DNA of 58,624 nucleotides, filler included, from Porpidia crustulata (lineage: Eukaryota): NCBI GenBank assembly GCA_964255105.1. It is 8 parts of 8 records of this genome, joined end to end, with 100 filler letters (N's around TTAATTAATTAA, not from the genome) between each part and the next. Parts side by side here need not be neighbours in the genome. Positions count along the whole stretch, not along the records: positions 7,349 to 14,592 come from CAXUWE010001369.1; positions 14,693 to 21,936 come from CAXUWE010001370.1; positions 22,037 to 29,278 come from CAXUWE010001371.1; 5 more parts are not named here. One strand, written 5' to 3'. This document shows positions 12,155-24,148 of this stretch, in pieces; position 1 is the first letter of the stretch; the number at the start of each line of letters is the position of its first letter. The notes beneath the pieces were generated by a model. That model ran no database searches, was not told the DNA's origin, and saw only the letters and a program-made list of their open reading frames with translations. Made by a program: the position numbers and the translations under genes.

Positions 12155-13735
12155 TTCGAACATGGGAAGGATTGATTTTCCATCGATTTCGAATTGCTAA
12201 AAATGAGCGGTCCCTTCATTGTGTGCAGCTGAGCTGCAGTCGTCTGCAGCCCTCCATATTTGGAGTGATAGCGTTGAGATGTGATTCCTCTACTCTTGAT
12301 TTGCTACATTGACATGGCCATTATGGAATGGAGAGTAGAAGTCAGGGTAATTAACCCTCTCCTCACTCCCTAAAATGTTGATGATTCTATAACATTCACA
12401 ATTTTGATCATAGGGCCCCGACTCATCGCACATATATCGACAAAGATAGGAACATGAAGCATTGGATCATCAGCGGAGTAACTGCCGCGGATGACGTCCT
12501 CTATGCACGAGCCCTGGCCTTGACAGATGCAACGAGAAGCTATTACGGCACATAGAAGTAGCGCTCTCAGCATGGACAATGAGTTGTGAGGAGATGGACG
12601 ACGCCATGCGGAGAATTATCATCGCTGAAATCCAATGAAACGAGGGAGGATAAATATACAGCGTTTCTACAATCCATTGCACGGTCAAAACAGCGCATAG
12701 TCCAGATAGACGTGGAGCGTCGCATATGTCGACAGTTCTGGCGCTGCGGATAGAGGATACTTTAGCGCGACAGAGCTGTTTGATCCCCCAGACTGATGGA
12801 ACGCAAAGCGAATTTCAAAAGAAAGTATTCAAATCCCAAGGCTTCAACACCCTTATTCAATAGCCTCGATACTGGGAACAAGCTACTTGTGGTTTCTTGC
12901 GATTGCCTCTCGCAACTTGCTAGTTTCGAATGACAGGAGCGCCTAAAGCATTAGGGTTGGCACTTGTTTAGGTAGTTTTCTCATTGTGTAACTTGCAACG
13001 TTGATCTCGAGCGCAAATGTTTTATTCTCTTCTACCAGCGATGACTGTTCTCCTACTATGCATCAATCTCGCGTTAGATTGCATCATCGTCACTTTCCCC
13101 GCAAAACTCTACTCGGGACATTCAAACCAGGCAGGCCTAATTCTGGTCCGTTCAATTCGTCAACTCGGTGTTGTGTTATGTTTCGCAATCAGAGATGCTG
13201 TACCGTAGCTCTGTCATACCAAAACGCTCAGTCGATTGGCCAATGATATAACGTCAAATACTTTTCTTTAGTCATGGCTGACGGTCACCGAGCTGGGCTG
13301 GCACAGCGACCCCCTAGATCCGTTGTATAACCCGGGTTATGGTTGGTTGCAGATGGCTTCTCGCATGGGCCTTGCCAAGTCGACCAGGTCCTCGGGCCTC
13401 TGCCCTATCATTCTCGTTAGCAGCGCCGGCTGTCGTTATTGCAAGCCTGGTCAGAAAACCGAATGTTGGGGACTACAGTGATGGATGCAGGAACGCGTGG
13501 GATAAGATGCTGCGTTCAAGATTGTAATGCAGGGCAGAGATCTTCCAGAGCTTGTGCAAAGCATCGTCTTTTTGGTCTATGCGACATGGTTGTTCCCCTT
13601 GTCATGAAGATCACATCACTCGTACTCTTTAAGATCCTGTTGTTGCCAAAACCCAGCGCATGTTCAATTCAACTTCTTCCTTGAATTCCTTCATTTTCGT
13701 GGCACGTTAACTATTGGGAGAATCTAATCTTCGCC

Positions 13736-14592
13736 ATGGAAGCCGTCAATGCTCGAGGAGATGCGATGCTATTCTCATGTATCGCCGTGGGCGCTACGGT
13801 CACCATCGCCGTTTTCTTACGCCTGGTGGCACGCTGGAAGAGTAAGGCGGCTTTTGCGGTCGATGACTGGTTGATTGTTGCCAGTCTCGTCCCTACGTAT
13901 GGCATGCTGGTGTGCGGCGGCTTTAGTTTGTCCCCTTGCATACTTTTCTTGTTCGCAATTAACATCTACGTAGTGGTTAGAGACGGTGGAGCTGGAAGAC
14001 CGATTGAGAGCCTGACGGATGCTCAAATTACTATATTCCTGAAGGTGAGGATCTTTTGGAATCTGAAGAATCATATCAATCAGATTGAATCTTACACTGC
14101 GTTCAGTCACTGCAGGCCACCTTGATAACCTATTCCCTAACCATTACAACCGTGAAAATGTCGATCCTGTTGATGTACCGCCGTATCTTCCCTACGGAGC
14201 TCGTCCGCAAGACCACTCTTTATGTGGGTGCGGCATGTATTGCCTGGTTCATTGCCGAAGTCCTTAGCGACATCTTCCAATGCCATCCCATCTCTGGGGC
14301 TTGGGACCCGGCCTTGCTGTTCTCCGACCAATGTATCAACCTCGAAGCCTACTTTTGGGGGATATCCGCAACGAACATGATACTCGATGTCATCATCCTG
14401 TGCATGCCTCTACGTATGGTCTGGGAGCTTGAGCTTCCAACGCGGCAGAAGTGTGTCCTATCCGGAATCTTCCTCATGGGCGGCTTGTAAGCCCAATCCG
14501 ATCGAAATTACCATTTCAGTCAACCGTTGCTAATACTCGACAGTGTATGCATCGCAAGCATCATGCGCATGATTACCTTGACCATCATGAGC
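13736..14592 (+). CDS. PTH11-like (fungal rhodopsin-domain) integral membrane protein without CFEM; 3' truncated
   Basis: FLRLVARW, DDWLIVASL, KMSILLMYRRIF, IFQCHPISGAWD and NMILDVIILCMPLRMVWEL-L--RQK, across several short introns. Confidence 0.88.
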
Positions 14593-14692
14593 NNNNNNNN
14601 NNNNNNNNNNNNNNNNNNNNNNNNNNNNNNNNNNNNTTAATTAATTAANNNNNNNNNNNNNNNNNNNNNNNNNNNNNNNNNNNNNNNNNNNN
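14593..14692. other. Artificial contig linker
   Basis: Same 100-bp N/TTAATTAATTAA spacer. Confidence 0.99.
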
Positions 14693-14737
14693 TTTTTCGC
14701 GACCGTATGTGAGTTGTTTATTTTCAATATACGGAGT

Positions 14738-14794
14738 GAGGTAGGTAGGTAGGTAGGTAGGGAGGTAGGTCGGCAGGTAGACAGGTAAGTAGGT
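14738..14794. repeat. Degenerate (AGGT)n microsatellite near contig start
   Basis: gaggtaggtaggtaggtaggtag...aggtaagtaggt. Confidence 0.85.
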
Positions 14795-15273
14795 GCTTAC
14801 AGTCCTCCATAGCTCCCCTTGTAAAATATCCTCTTCTATATCGTTTAGTTCCCAGCTCTTTTCCGAACTCGGATGGCTTGGACATCGCTCTGATGGCTTT
14901 TTGCGGTTAGTCGCAGAAGCTGTAATAGAAGGGACGGAGTGATCAATCAAGCTTAGAGCGGCAATAAGTGCCTACCTAGTGGCTTCCTAATGCGGCCCGG
15001 ACCGAGCTTGATATTGAAGTTCGAATTTCAAGTTTGGATGCCGGACATTACACGAATTCTGAAAGCCACCTATGATGGCGAGACGCTGCGAGTGTGTTGG
15101 TCAGGAGGACGGCTGCTCAGGTATGATATATTGGGCTAAGCCAACCCGTCAATGGTCCCTTCGAGTGAGCGGTGTCAAGCATAATACTGCTTGCTTTTTC
15201 GAGCCTGTCCCTTCATTTGATTGCCAATCCGCAACCAATATCCGTACATACACGTACAAGGAAGTCTGTCAGG

Positions 15274-17734
15274 ATGTGCGGCATCACCGCGAGCATTGCC
15301 CTTCCTCGACGCAAAGTTGACGAGCATACTATTGCCCACACCAACGGGATCAACGGCGCCAATGGCATCAACGGCATCAATGGCACCAATGGCACCAACG
15401 GCACTAACGGCACCAATGGCATCAATGGTCACGCCGACGGCCACACCACTGAGACCCTCACCACCCAACTCCAAGCCTCCATTGACACCATCAACCACCG
15501 CGGACCTGATGAATCTGGAATCTGGATCAGTCCCGACGCCAGCATCGGTCTCGGCCACTGCCGCCTCTCCATCAACGACCTCTCACCCAGCGGGACGCAG
15601 CCTCTTACCAGCGACGACGGGCAAATCCACGCCGTCGTCAATGGCGAGATCTACGACCACGATCGGCTTCGGGACGTGTGCACCACTGAGCACGGCTACA
15701 AGTTCAACGGCGAGAGCGACAGTGAGCTCGTCGTGGCGCTGTACAAAATTCACGGGCCGCCGGCCTTCTTTGAGCACTTGCGTGGCGAATTTGCTTTTGT
15801 TCTCTATGACAACCGCGAGGCGAGCAAGAGGGTTATCGCGGGACGTGACAGGTTTGGCATCAAGCCGCTGGTGTGGACTGTCGTTGGCGGCAGGCTGCTG
15901 ATGGCGGCCGAGGCAAAAGCATTTCTACCCATGGGGTGGGAGCCCGAGTGGGATGTCGGCGCGATTGTAGATAGCGGGTGGATGATGGATGACAGGACAT
16001 TGTTCAAGGGGGTGAGGAAGCTGTTGCCGGGGCATTGGATGGAGGTGAGCGAGGAGCGAGGGATCAAGACGCGCAAGTACTGGGATGCCGAATACGAGGA
16101 CAAGGTTTGTGCTTTTGACAGGAGCGGGTGTTGATGATGTTAACAATAAGCAGACCATAGTTGAGACTCGGACCATCGACGAGATGGTCCTTGGAGTCCG
16201 CGAACGGCTCGTCGAGTCCATCCGCCTGCGACTGCGCGCCGATGTCCCTGTTGGCGTATATCTCTCTGGCGGCATCGACTCGTCGGCTGTCGCGGGCATT
16301 GTGACGCAACTGGCCAAAGAGAAACACGTCAAGATTGGCAACCAGGCGGCGTCAACACGAGTGGCCTGCTTCAGCGTGCGCTTTCCAGCAGAGTCAGGCT
16401 ATGATGAATCCAGTAGGAAACAAAGCACGCACTAGAAGCTCAAGACCATTCGCTGACAGAATCACCCAACAGGTGTGGCAGAGCGCACAGCGGAGTGGCT
16501 CGGCGTCGAGGTCATCAAAAAAGACGTCGACGAAGCCTCCCTCGCGCGCGATTTTGCCGAAACGGCCTACCACTGCGAGCATCACCACTTCGACCTCAAC
16601 TGCGTTGCTAAATTCGCCCTGTCAACATTGCCTCGCGACCACGGCGTCAAGGTTGTCCTGACGGGCGAGGGCGCCGACGAGCACTTTTCCGGGTATCCAT
16701 ACTTCACACCGGACTTTCTCCGCGAGCCAGACCTGTCGCAGCCTGATTCGCCACTCGCCAGCAACTCCGTGCTGCGTGAGAGTATGCACAGCGCCGTCGA
16801 CATTGAGATCAAGACCATGTTCCGCAACATTGGGGCCACTCAGCACGAGGGGTTGCCTAACCGCGAGGCACTGGCCGATGCCAATGGTAGTGTGATGCCC
16901 GACACGCTGCTGCTCTGGCACCCGACGACGGGGCTGTTCGCGCCGTGGGTACGTGAGGAGTACCGCGGACTCGACTGCCGGGACACGGTCATGGCGTCGC
17001 TAGCGCCCGAAGCGCGGGCCAAAATGCGGTCGCTCTGGCACCCATTACACACGTCTCAGTACATATGGAACAAGAGCTCGCTGGCCAACGTGCTGCTATC
17101 ATGCCTTGGCGATCGCACCGAAATGGCGCACAGCGTCGAGGCACGCACACCATTCCTCGACCATCACCTCACCGAATATGTTAACAGGCTGCCGCCCAGC
17201 GTCAAGTTGGCATACTCGCCCGTGCACAAAGTCGAGCAAAGCGAGCAGAGCCCGCTCTGGAAGGACGCTGGGTTGGCGCTGCAGTCGCTGACAGAGAAGT
17301 GGATTCTGCGCGAGGCGGTACGGCCATATATCACCGACGAATTATACAAGCGGAGGAAGCACCCGTTCCTGGCGCCGACGAGGTGGCCGGAGGGGGGCGC
17401 GTTGCACCGGATGTTTCGGGGGCTTTTAACTCGCAAGGCTGTTGAGGCGTTGGGCTTCCTGGACTTTGCTGTGGTTGAGGAGGCGCTAGGGCGTGCCTTT
17501 GGTCTCAAGGGAGACACGAAAGCGTTCCGGACGCTGGTGTATGTTGCGGCGTGGGTGACGCTGGCGGAGCGATTTGGCGTCAAGAAGGCGGACAAAGAGG
17601 ATTGGATTGGCCAAGGGAAGTTAGGAGGGCGCCAAGCGGCAAGCCAGTTTGTCGACGACGAAACCTCCTCAGATATTGTCAATGCATATGGCATTGATGC
17701 AACAATGAACATTGGGTCTGAAGTTTGGGGATAG
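15274..17734 (+). CDS. Asparagine synthetase (glutamine-hydrolysing) family amidotransferase; 3 exons
   Basis: Ntn start MCGI at 15274; HRGPD, GHCRLSI, VNGEIY, RDRFGIKPL, LSGGIDSS, LTGEGADEHFSGY, GDRTEMAHSVEARTPFLD. Introns 16105-16153 and 16413-16472 preserve frame. Confidence 0.93.
15343..15429 (+). repeat. Coding 9-bp tandem repeat encoding (NG[I/T/A]) x10
   Basis: NGINGANGINGINGTNGTNGTNGTNGING, inserted after the first strand of the glutaminase domain. Confidence 0.95.
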
Positions 17735-18333
17735 AAGTGATGATTGGGTTGATGAGAATAAAAAGTAGAGTATAGAAGTAGAAGAGAATGGAATAGAATT
17801 TGAAGAAGAATGTAGACACTAGGTCAAATTGGGACAGGCGCCGCATAACCACTGTCCACGTGATCTTGCTCGCATCTCTCTGCTCTCTCTCCGCCCCTCT
17901 GCCCCTCAGTCTCAGTCTCTGTATATCGCGCTCAAATGTTCATGCCCAGGAACGTCGAATCTGCATTCTTCCGTGGTTCGTGCATCGCGCGCGGCTCCAC
18001 CTCCACGTCCGCGACAGGAAGCACAAGATGCCGCTGTACCTTCTCATCCGCGGATCGTAGCGTGAGCTGCGGGTGCACCCTCTAGTCCTCGATTTGCACC
18101 ACCAGTCGCGCCCCACCTTCTACATCTACCTGAGGCTGCCGGACTAACCCATTCCACTATGCTGAACTCAATTGAATGACAAAGTCTCCGCTGTCCTGGG
18201 GCCTCAACCCAGCCGTAGCAAAACCAGTCCCGCATCTTGCCAATGAGAACAAAGAATAGAGGATTTGCATGACGAGCCATCTAGTTAGGCCAGATCTCCT
18301 TGGATGGACCCATCGAGTATAGAAAGCGTCTGT

Positions 18334-18560
18334 CTAGAAGTTTCCGCCAAATCGCCTCATCTTCCACGTGCACTCATCATTTACCAACTTAGGCACAGGA
18401 TCTTTGATGATCAAGTGGGGTGCCGAGATGTGTTGCTCATACGAATTGTTGTAGACTTTGGTGATATTTCTCGAATCTAGACAGACGAAACCGAATTCAG
18501 TGAGCCGGTCTTTGCGTCCATTCAGCGCCTCCACATCCATGCTCAGAAACACAGCGTCTC
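18334..18560 (-). pseudogene. Fragment resembling the Gfd2/YDR514C/QIP-type DEDD exonuclease N-terminal motif
   Basis: AVFLSMDVEA...LTEFGFVCLDSR...ISAPHLII resembles the family pattern FxxxDxEA...xTExGxxxLDTR...xxHxII. The frame is closed by stops on both sides. Confidence 0.5.
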
Positions 18561-19743
18561 AGATCTTCGCGAACGGCGCCATCTGCATGCTGTCCGTTGC
18601 ATAGTGCTCAGCAAGTCTCCGTAGAAGGACCATACAACAATGGAGTTCTCAGTAGGCATCATTGGCTGCAATGTGAAGATGTAACGACGAGACTTCTACG
18701 TCTGGGAACCAGTATGTCGTCAAGGCTTCAAGGCCCTACGGATCCGAACCTGGGTGGAGTAACTCGTACAATTGTTGACAATCGAGGACTACGGTTGTAG
18801 TGGCGAATCCATAGATATTGAAGTATTCATGGTTCTGTAAGAATCAGAGCTCTGCATCAGAGTCGTGGCTCACGAGAACCATATTTCGATACAGTGTATC
18901 GTTGCGGGCGAATGGGTTCTATGGAGGAATCTGTGAATGGTCACCGGCAATAGCGCCGATTTTGACAAGGCCGGTGTAGACACAACCGGTAGGGGAAGTC
19001 AGAAGATATGGAGTCTTAGAGAAGTGAGCGAGGGGCATCTTGACGATAGCAGATTCGTGAGATTTGGCAGCTGGGTGTGAGTTGCTTTTGCTTGCGGCTG
19101 CGCAGTCGGAAGGTGCATCGAAGTGTTTAAGAAGGATTTAAAGGTCAGTAGTACCTGGAATTGGATTCTGGCTATGTAGAATTCGAAGCTTGAGAAGGTA
19201 AGGGAGAAAGTAGATATACTCATGGCTCTAATTTTGTGATAAAAACTATACGGTAGCATTCCCTGTGTCATGGCTGCAACATGACCGTTTCTGGATCATC
19301 ATCTCCGACCGAACACATAGATGTGTAAGTTCCCATGACTCCTGCCTTTGTGAACTATGTGGCGAGAGCAGAATGAAAGGGTTGTGTCAGAAAACCGTTC
19401 TAGTGTCAGATATAGGAATTCATTCCCGCGGCGACGAAGACGCAGCGCCGAGAGAGCTCTAGATGAGTACAAATCTTGATAGAATCACAAAAGGGAACCA
19501 AAAACAAATGATAAAAGAGAAAAATCAGCTCGGTGTCTCGTAAGCATTGAGAATGAGCTCGTGTTTGCTCGTCTCTCTCTGAGAGACAGAGAAGTGCGTC
19601 AAACAGCTGTTCTACGTCAAATGGACAGTAAAACACTCATTCTCAGGCATTAACCTAGACTCTAGATTCTCGCCCAGATATATCCACTACCTACCAGCTG
19701 CTTTCAAACCGTAAATCAAGAATCATCTTCTGACACCTCCAAT

Positions 19744-20214
19744 ATGTCGCAACTATTGCCAATGGTTTTACTAAGACGCTTACAGCCGTTGATCTAGCAC
19801 TGCTCGACCTGGAGGACAGGAATTTTTCATTTGTCTAGACCTTTTAGTCATGAAAACACCTCTCAAGACACACACCATCATTCTAGTGCTCTGCGACTAT
19901 TAATGTACATCCATGTCTTTGATAAGAACTGCATTACGCACTGGTCTAAATCACACACGACATGCTCATCATGTCGTTCGAATATCTTAGACGAACCATT
20001 GAAAGCTAGCACGGCAGACAATCTAGCGGATCATACAAAGCCCAATCTTGAAGTTTGGCGCAGACGGCGCGCAGACTCAATTGCATCGATGCAGCGAGAC
20101 TTCGACCAGGCATTCCTCAACGCTGACACAACTTCAATGGCGATTGTTCGCAGAGCCCAGGATTTAGTACGAAACAGCAACACTACAGACGACGTGGACG
20201 CGAATCACGCGTGA
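19744..20214 (+). pseudogene. Frameshifted RING-finger protein gene
   Basis: IANGFTKTLTAVDLALLDLEDRN, then frameshifts around ICLD, then ALRL..HVFDKNCITHWSKSHTTCSSCRSNI (second half of a RING motif). Confidence 0.6.
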
Positions 20215-21091
20215 TGGTGGTTGGCCTGGAGACTTGCAGACATTCTTCCTACTTTGGTCGTGGACGGCTGGTCCGCATACATTCGCTTCCTGTAGCAGAA
20301 ATGTATTGCAAATTGGGAGGTCGGTCTTATGAAAGAGGTCGGTGGCTAGATAGTGATTGATAGCGATCGAAAGAGGACATAGACGAGACGTTGAAGACGA
20401 GTAGAATGCTTAAGGTGGAAGTGAAGAGCTGCAAGGACTTGATCGGGTGGGAAGCTCTTCCTGGGTGTTGGTTGAATACGGCTCGAGAAGCTGGAGATCG
20501 GTCAAGCCTTCGAGACCACTTAACCTCCTATTGAAAAGTCAAAGGATGAGCGTGCCTAGAGCTGTTTTCAGCCTCCAACGACAGCCAATACTTCAGAAAC
20601 GCCCCTCAGCTTACCGAATAAACATCTCTGTCAACTCTGATTTCGTATGAAGCAGGAATCTCCACAATCTGCCCGGACACTCATCGCTCCTTAATATTGC
20701 ATTCGAATTTGGTTGATCCCTCAGGAACGGGCAACAAGGACTCTCCATCAATTGAATCCGTACCACACACATCCCAGAACGTCTTGCTACTTGTCAACAT
20801 GCGATGGTAGTGATATCCTCGATAGCGCTTCTATGATTCGTCCATCGTAGTCTTGATGATGTGATGTGGTTGTGCGCCCTTTGTTTCGTTCTATGCTAGA
20901 CGTTTCTTTGTCAGAATAGCCTCTGTAGATGTTTGCCAAATCTGTCGAAGAATCATTCATCGCTTCCCGTCTCAAATTTTGTTTCTGACTAATTCGACTT
21001 AGAGTGTCACGATTTTCTGCGTCACATGCATGACTAGTTTCTGATAAATATCGGAGGATGAGGAGATACAACTGTCTCAAGACCTTGCAGA

Positions 21092-21415
21092 ATGTCGAAA
21101 TCAATCGCAAAAAGGTTCGAGAACAGCATAATAGCTGTCGGCATCCACACGCTCGGAACCGAAGATAGAAAATGCGCCATCTGTTTTGAGCCACTAGAAG
21201 TACACGAACATAGTCAAGGCAGCACCGCAGCCCGTCTAAAGTGCGGCCACACCGTTGGCAAGGATTATTATGCTTCTGAGGAAGCTAATCATTGTCGGTT
21301 GCGTCGGTGGACGCACAGTGAAGAGAAGTTGGCTTTACTCAGATTGCTGAGGGCTGAGGTGGAGTTTGTTCGTGAGACGAACGGGTGGGAGGATCTTCTA
21401 GCGATGCATGCATGA
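21092..21415 (+). pseudogene. Truncated RING-finger protein gene, paralogue of 19744-20214
   Basis: EDRKCAICFEPL...AARLKCGHTVGKD gives the first half of a RING motif; the second-half Cys ligands are absent. Confidence 0.55.
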
Positions 21416-21776
21416 TTTGGGTAGAAGAAGTCTTGGTCTCTCTAAGGTCATACACAAGACTCTAGGCTCATCCATCATTGTCAAAGGCGGTTTAGTCAAC
21501 CAATGCAAGTAGACACGCACGTCAGCTCTCTGTCATCGTCGCGCCAGGAAGTCTTTATGGCCTGTACCGTTTGTATCTGTTGCCCATGATCTGCTGCGAT
21601 GCGATGTTTCGGAAAGGCCTTGTCTTGATCGGATGGACCTGTCTAGCGTATTGTTTTCTGTAATTGAACGTTTTGCGAGCTGCAAAGAACCTCTGGCATC
21701 AGCATACAGGGGATTAACCGCAGCGAGCTAAGCTTGGCCTTCAGTCAAGTCCCACACAAACCTAACGGTAGCAAGG

Positions 21777-21800
21777 AGTGGTTTCCCGCGGGAAACCACT
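21777..21800. repeat. Perfect 24-bp palindrome AGTGGTTTCCCG|CGGGAAACCACT
   Basis: Exact reverse-complement symmetry, with imperfect extension on both sides. Confidence 0.95.
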
Positions 21801-21884
21801 TGCGATACCCCAGTTTTGACAAGTAAGTCTCAAGATTAAATCTTAGCGAAACTTAATGCATCTCTCATCAAAATTAATACTATA

Positions 21885-21936
21885 ACGTAGTCTACCCTCA
21901 AACGAGACACACCCTCAAACGAGACAGCGCCCACCC
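21885..21936. mobile_element. Probable pogo/Fot1-type DNA transposon terminal repeat at contig end
   Basis: TA at 21883-21884 followed by ACGT, then two copies of ACCCTCAAACGAGACA (21894-21909 and 21911-21926; 17-bp period). The contig breaks immediately after. Confidence 0.65.
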
Positions 21937-22036
21937 NNNNNNNNNNNNNNNNNNNNNNNNNNNNNNNNNNNNNNNNNNNNTTAATTAATTAANNNNNNNN
22001 NNNNNNNNNNNNNNNNNNNNNNNNNNNNNNNNNNNN
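21937..22036. other. Artificial contig linker
   Basis: Same 100-bp spacer. Confidence 0.99.
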
Positions 22037-22441
22037 GGGATGGGGTGGGGGGGATGCTGGAGTTTTTATGATTGTGGAGGTGGAGTGATAAGTATGTAGT
22101 TTCGATTGGATACCACATCGCTATTCAAAAGGTGATTTACTGGCATCAAAGACTTTTGACTAGTAAATAAGAAATTGGTTGTGGAATTTGCTATCGAATT
22201 CAGATGCGGTGGATGTATATGATACGGTGGTTTGCGTCAAGAATGAAGTATCTGGAGGACGTCCTATAAAAATCATGATCTTGTAAATGGATTTCCGTCA
22301 ACCGAGCTCTGGTAGCTTGAGTAGCCAAATTAAACCGAATACTGTAGCTGACCGCAGGGAAAAAAAGCCGTAGATAGGTGGACAAAGAACTCCAAGAGAA
22401 GTGAAGGAGCGACAACAAAACCCCCAAAACTTTGACAAATC

Positions 22442-23623
22442 TCACCCTCGCACCGACTTGAGAGTCGACAACAAATGCCGCCAGATCTTCTCCCCCGCAC
22501 CTTTCCGTCTCAACTCATTCACCACTTTTTCATTCACCCTGACCTCCCCATCCGACCCGATCAAATATGCGCCACTGCCAGCCTCGCCAGCGCTTCCTTT
22601 CCTGATCGCAACGGTCCCGGTATCCACACCGCTTTCGTTGCCGCTCTTTGCCGGATACGCTTTGCTTGTCGCTACGTATAGATGCCTTTCACCGCTCTCT
22701 TCGATGCCGATTGTCATTGGAGCTAAGCGGGTCAGGAATGGGATTGCGATTCTTAGAACTACGTTTTGCTCTTTGAAGAAGCCTGTTGGGACAATTCCAG
22801 GGTACGCGTGGACGAAAGATACAGTCGGGTTTTCTTTGGCGAATTCCTCAAGGGCAAAGTCGGTCATGGTGATGCAGTGGTTGGCTGCGTTTGCGAGCGA
22901 GAAATTTTGTTTCAGGTCGAGATCGTCCAGGACGAAGGACGCTTTCTCCTCTCCGGGGGCGAGCACGGACACTACCCGAGATAATTCGGGGGATGCTGCT
23001 TGGAGGAGGGGCATGAGCTGTTGAATAAAGCGCATGCGGCCGTAGTAGTTCGTTGCCATTTTCTTGTCTAGGCCTTCAGATGTTTCTGTCAAATCACATT
23101 AGTGTACTCTTTACAGGAGCAATTGGGCTCCGAAACCTTACCATTCCGACCTTTGAGTGATAGAGTCCCTGGTGTCATGAACAGGAGATTGAGCTTTGTC
23201 TCTTTTGCTCTAACTTCGTCGCAGATCTCGTCCACATTTTTAAGAAGACTGAGGTCTTTCTGGATAAAGATCGCTTCACCCTCAGGTTGCGAAGCCTTCA
23301 GCTCCGAAAGAATGCGGTTTCCTGCCTCTTGATTTCTATGTTGAACCTTATAAGCTTACGAGTTCGTCGATCACGCACGCTATGTGGATTTCTGGTAATA
23401 TCAGGTCAGACATACCGTCCTATAAAGTACACACGAGGCTTGGTAGTGCGCTTATAAAAGGCTTTGAGGGTACTTTCGCCGATGCCGCTAGTTGCTCCAA
23501 CTGAATGCAATCAGTAAAATGGGAAATGTGAGCACTTGGGGACCTACTGAACAGAGCAATGAGGCTGGTGGGCAGGTTCTGAAGCTTCAAGTTCGAAGCT
23601 CGAACAGCTTCTAAGGCAACCAT
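22442..23623 (-). CDS. Short-chain dehydrogenase/reductase; multi-exon
   Basis: The spliced product reads MVALEAVRASN...GATSGIGESTL...DLSLLKNVDEIC...ETSEGLDKKMATNYYGRMRFIQQLMPLL...SFVHAYPGIVPT. Confidence 0.88.
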
Positions 23624-24148
23624 GACAGTCCAAAGTTGTCGCCGACTGAGCGTTTGCAGGAGCTTAGAATTTAAAGGTAGCTGCAGGAAGGACTCAATTC
23701 ACAACCGAAGTTCCGAAGATTATGAAGAAGCAGTAGTCTGATCGACCGAGTAGTGTCCTGGGGTCACAAAGGCTTGAGCTTTACATTTTTGTTCAGAGTT
23801 CCTCAGTCCTCGAGGCATCCAAGTGTTACGCATGTCCTCGACGCCTTATCGATAACAGCCCCTGCCTGTCAGCTCGACGCTAACCCCGGAGTCTAGCGGT
23901 GCCGAGAAACGCCACATCTTCCCATTTTGTTATCCGAAGGCTGTTTTGGGCATAGACCAAATGCGGGTCATCGTTTAAGAGCACGATGCTCCCCAATTCG
24001 GCTTCCCCAGTTTTCCGTTGTCACTACTGGCTTTTGTGCTGCTTCGTGGGCTTGACGCGTCGGACACTGCTCCTTGCCCTAATCAATTGTGCTTTCGTCG
24101 ACTAGAGCTGCGCCTTGCATTGAGTAAGTGGAAGCGGGAGAAGACGTG

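Noticed and set aside
14645..14950. ORF with PTYL repeats
   Set aside because: It is a translation of an (ACCT)n microsatellite running into the linker.
15175..17712. Numerous antisense and alternate-frame ORFs over the asparagine synthetase gene
   Set aside because: They are shadow ORFs expected from GC-rich codon usage and the 9-bp repeat, with no recognisable motifs.
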